Part shown: positions 63,294-64,000 of the stretch, one piece after another
Numbering within the stretch: the stretch's first letter is position 1
Layout of the letters: each line of letters starts with the position of its first letter
From: Octopus sinensis
Taxonomy: Eukaryota
Reading direction: 5' to 3'
DNA: 64,000 bases
Assembly: GCF_006345805.1 (NCBI RefSeq)
Contig: NC_043006.1
Coordinates: forward strand, 104,098,001-104,162,000
The notes under the pieces: generated by a model
The model's database searches: none
Told to the model about the DNA's origin: nothing
What the model saw: only the letters and a program-made list of their open reading frames with translations
Program-made: the position numbers and the translations under genes

Positions 63294-64000
63294 TATATTA
63301 GATGATATCAAAGGAATGAAGGTCTAGGTGTGTCTGAATCTCTTGAAGTGAATGTTAAAGTGAAATTTCAGTAACATTCCGTCTCTATCTCTCAGGCACT
63401 CTACAAAGACATACTTCACTCTGCCGTCAATGCTGATCCTATTGTCCTCCACAAATGCACTCTCTTTGCAGTACATGTATGCAAAAGAGTATGTTCACAT
63501 ACACACACACACACGCACACACATACACACACACATACACAGGCACGCGCATACGCACACACATTTACACGCACATACACATACACTGATACACTGACAC
63601 ATTGACACGAACACACGCACACGCGCGTGCGCACACACATACTGGTTGACGTCATAGGAATATATATATATATTAATAGTTATCGCCAAACTAATATGGC
63701 AGTCCATAAATATAAGACTAAAGCTGTCGCTGATTAGCTCCAAGAGGCCATCGCCTCTAGCTAGCTATATGACACACGAACCTGCGTCCTTTACAACCTT
63801 CGAACGATATAGTGTATATTTAAACACTTAGAGAATCCACTTATAGGGATCCTAACGCATTAGAAAGAACAGCTAAGTTCTACGACCACAAAAAAGAATT
63901 CGGGATAAAATTCGACAGGAATAAATTTGGAAATGAAAAACATTTACCATCCAGTTTCCTGGACCAATTGGTGTCTAATAATCTTTTAGCGAGTCATGGG

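Overview
Gene-poor, AT-rich, microsatellite-dense animal DNA, most likely an octopus. This is inferred from the SINE families, which resemble the tRNA-derived OK/OR-type octopus SINEs; it was not database-checked. I can support no host protein-coding exon, tRNA or rRNA gene, and most ORFs in the track are microsatellite artefacts. The window contains: (i) one full-length but frameshifted Tx1/L1-clade LINE (~48185-53587; CCHC ORF1, APE+RT ORF2) inserted with a ~15-bp TSD into the tRNA-like head of a SINE, plus an older Tx1 fragment; (ii) RTE, BovB-like and R4/Dong (RLE) LINE fragments, with Dong next to (TAA)n; (iii) at least four modular SINE types with swapped tails, two of which match LINE 3' ends in this same window; (iv) maT (DD37D), mariner and Tigger relics, several MITEs and a Helitron-like element; (v) long palindromes and Penelope-type termini with minimal hammerhead ribozyme motifs. 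These include an intact CUGAUGA/GAAAC-GC-GUC core at the apex of a ~400-bp hairpin and four copies of a family with an atypical CUGUNGA core. There is a 100-N gap at 15105-15204.
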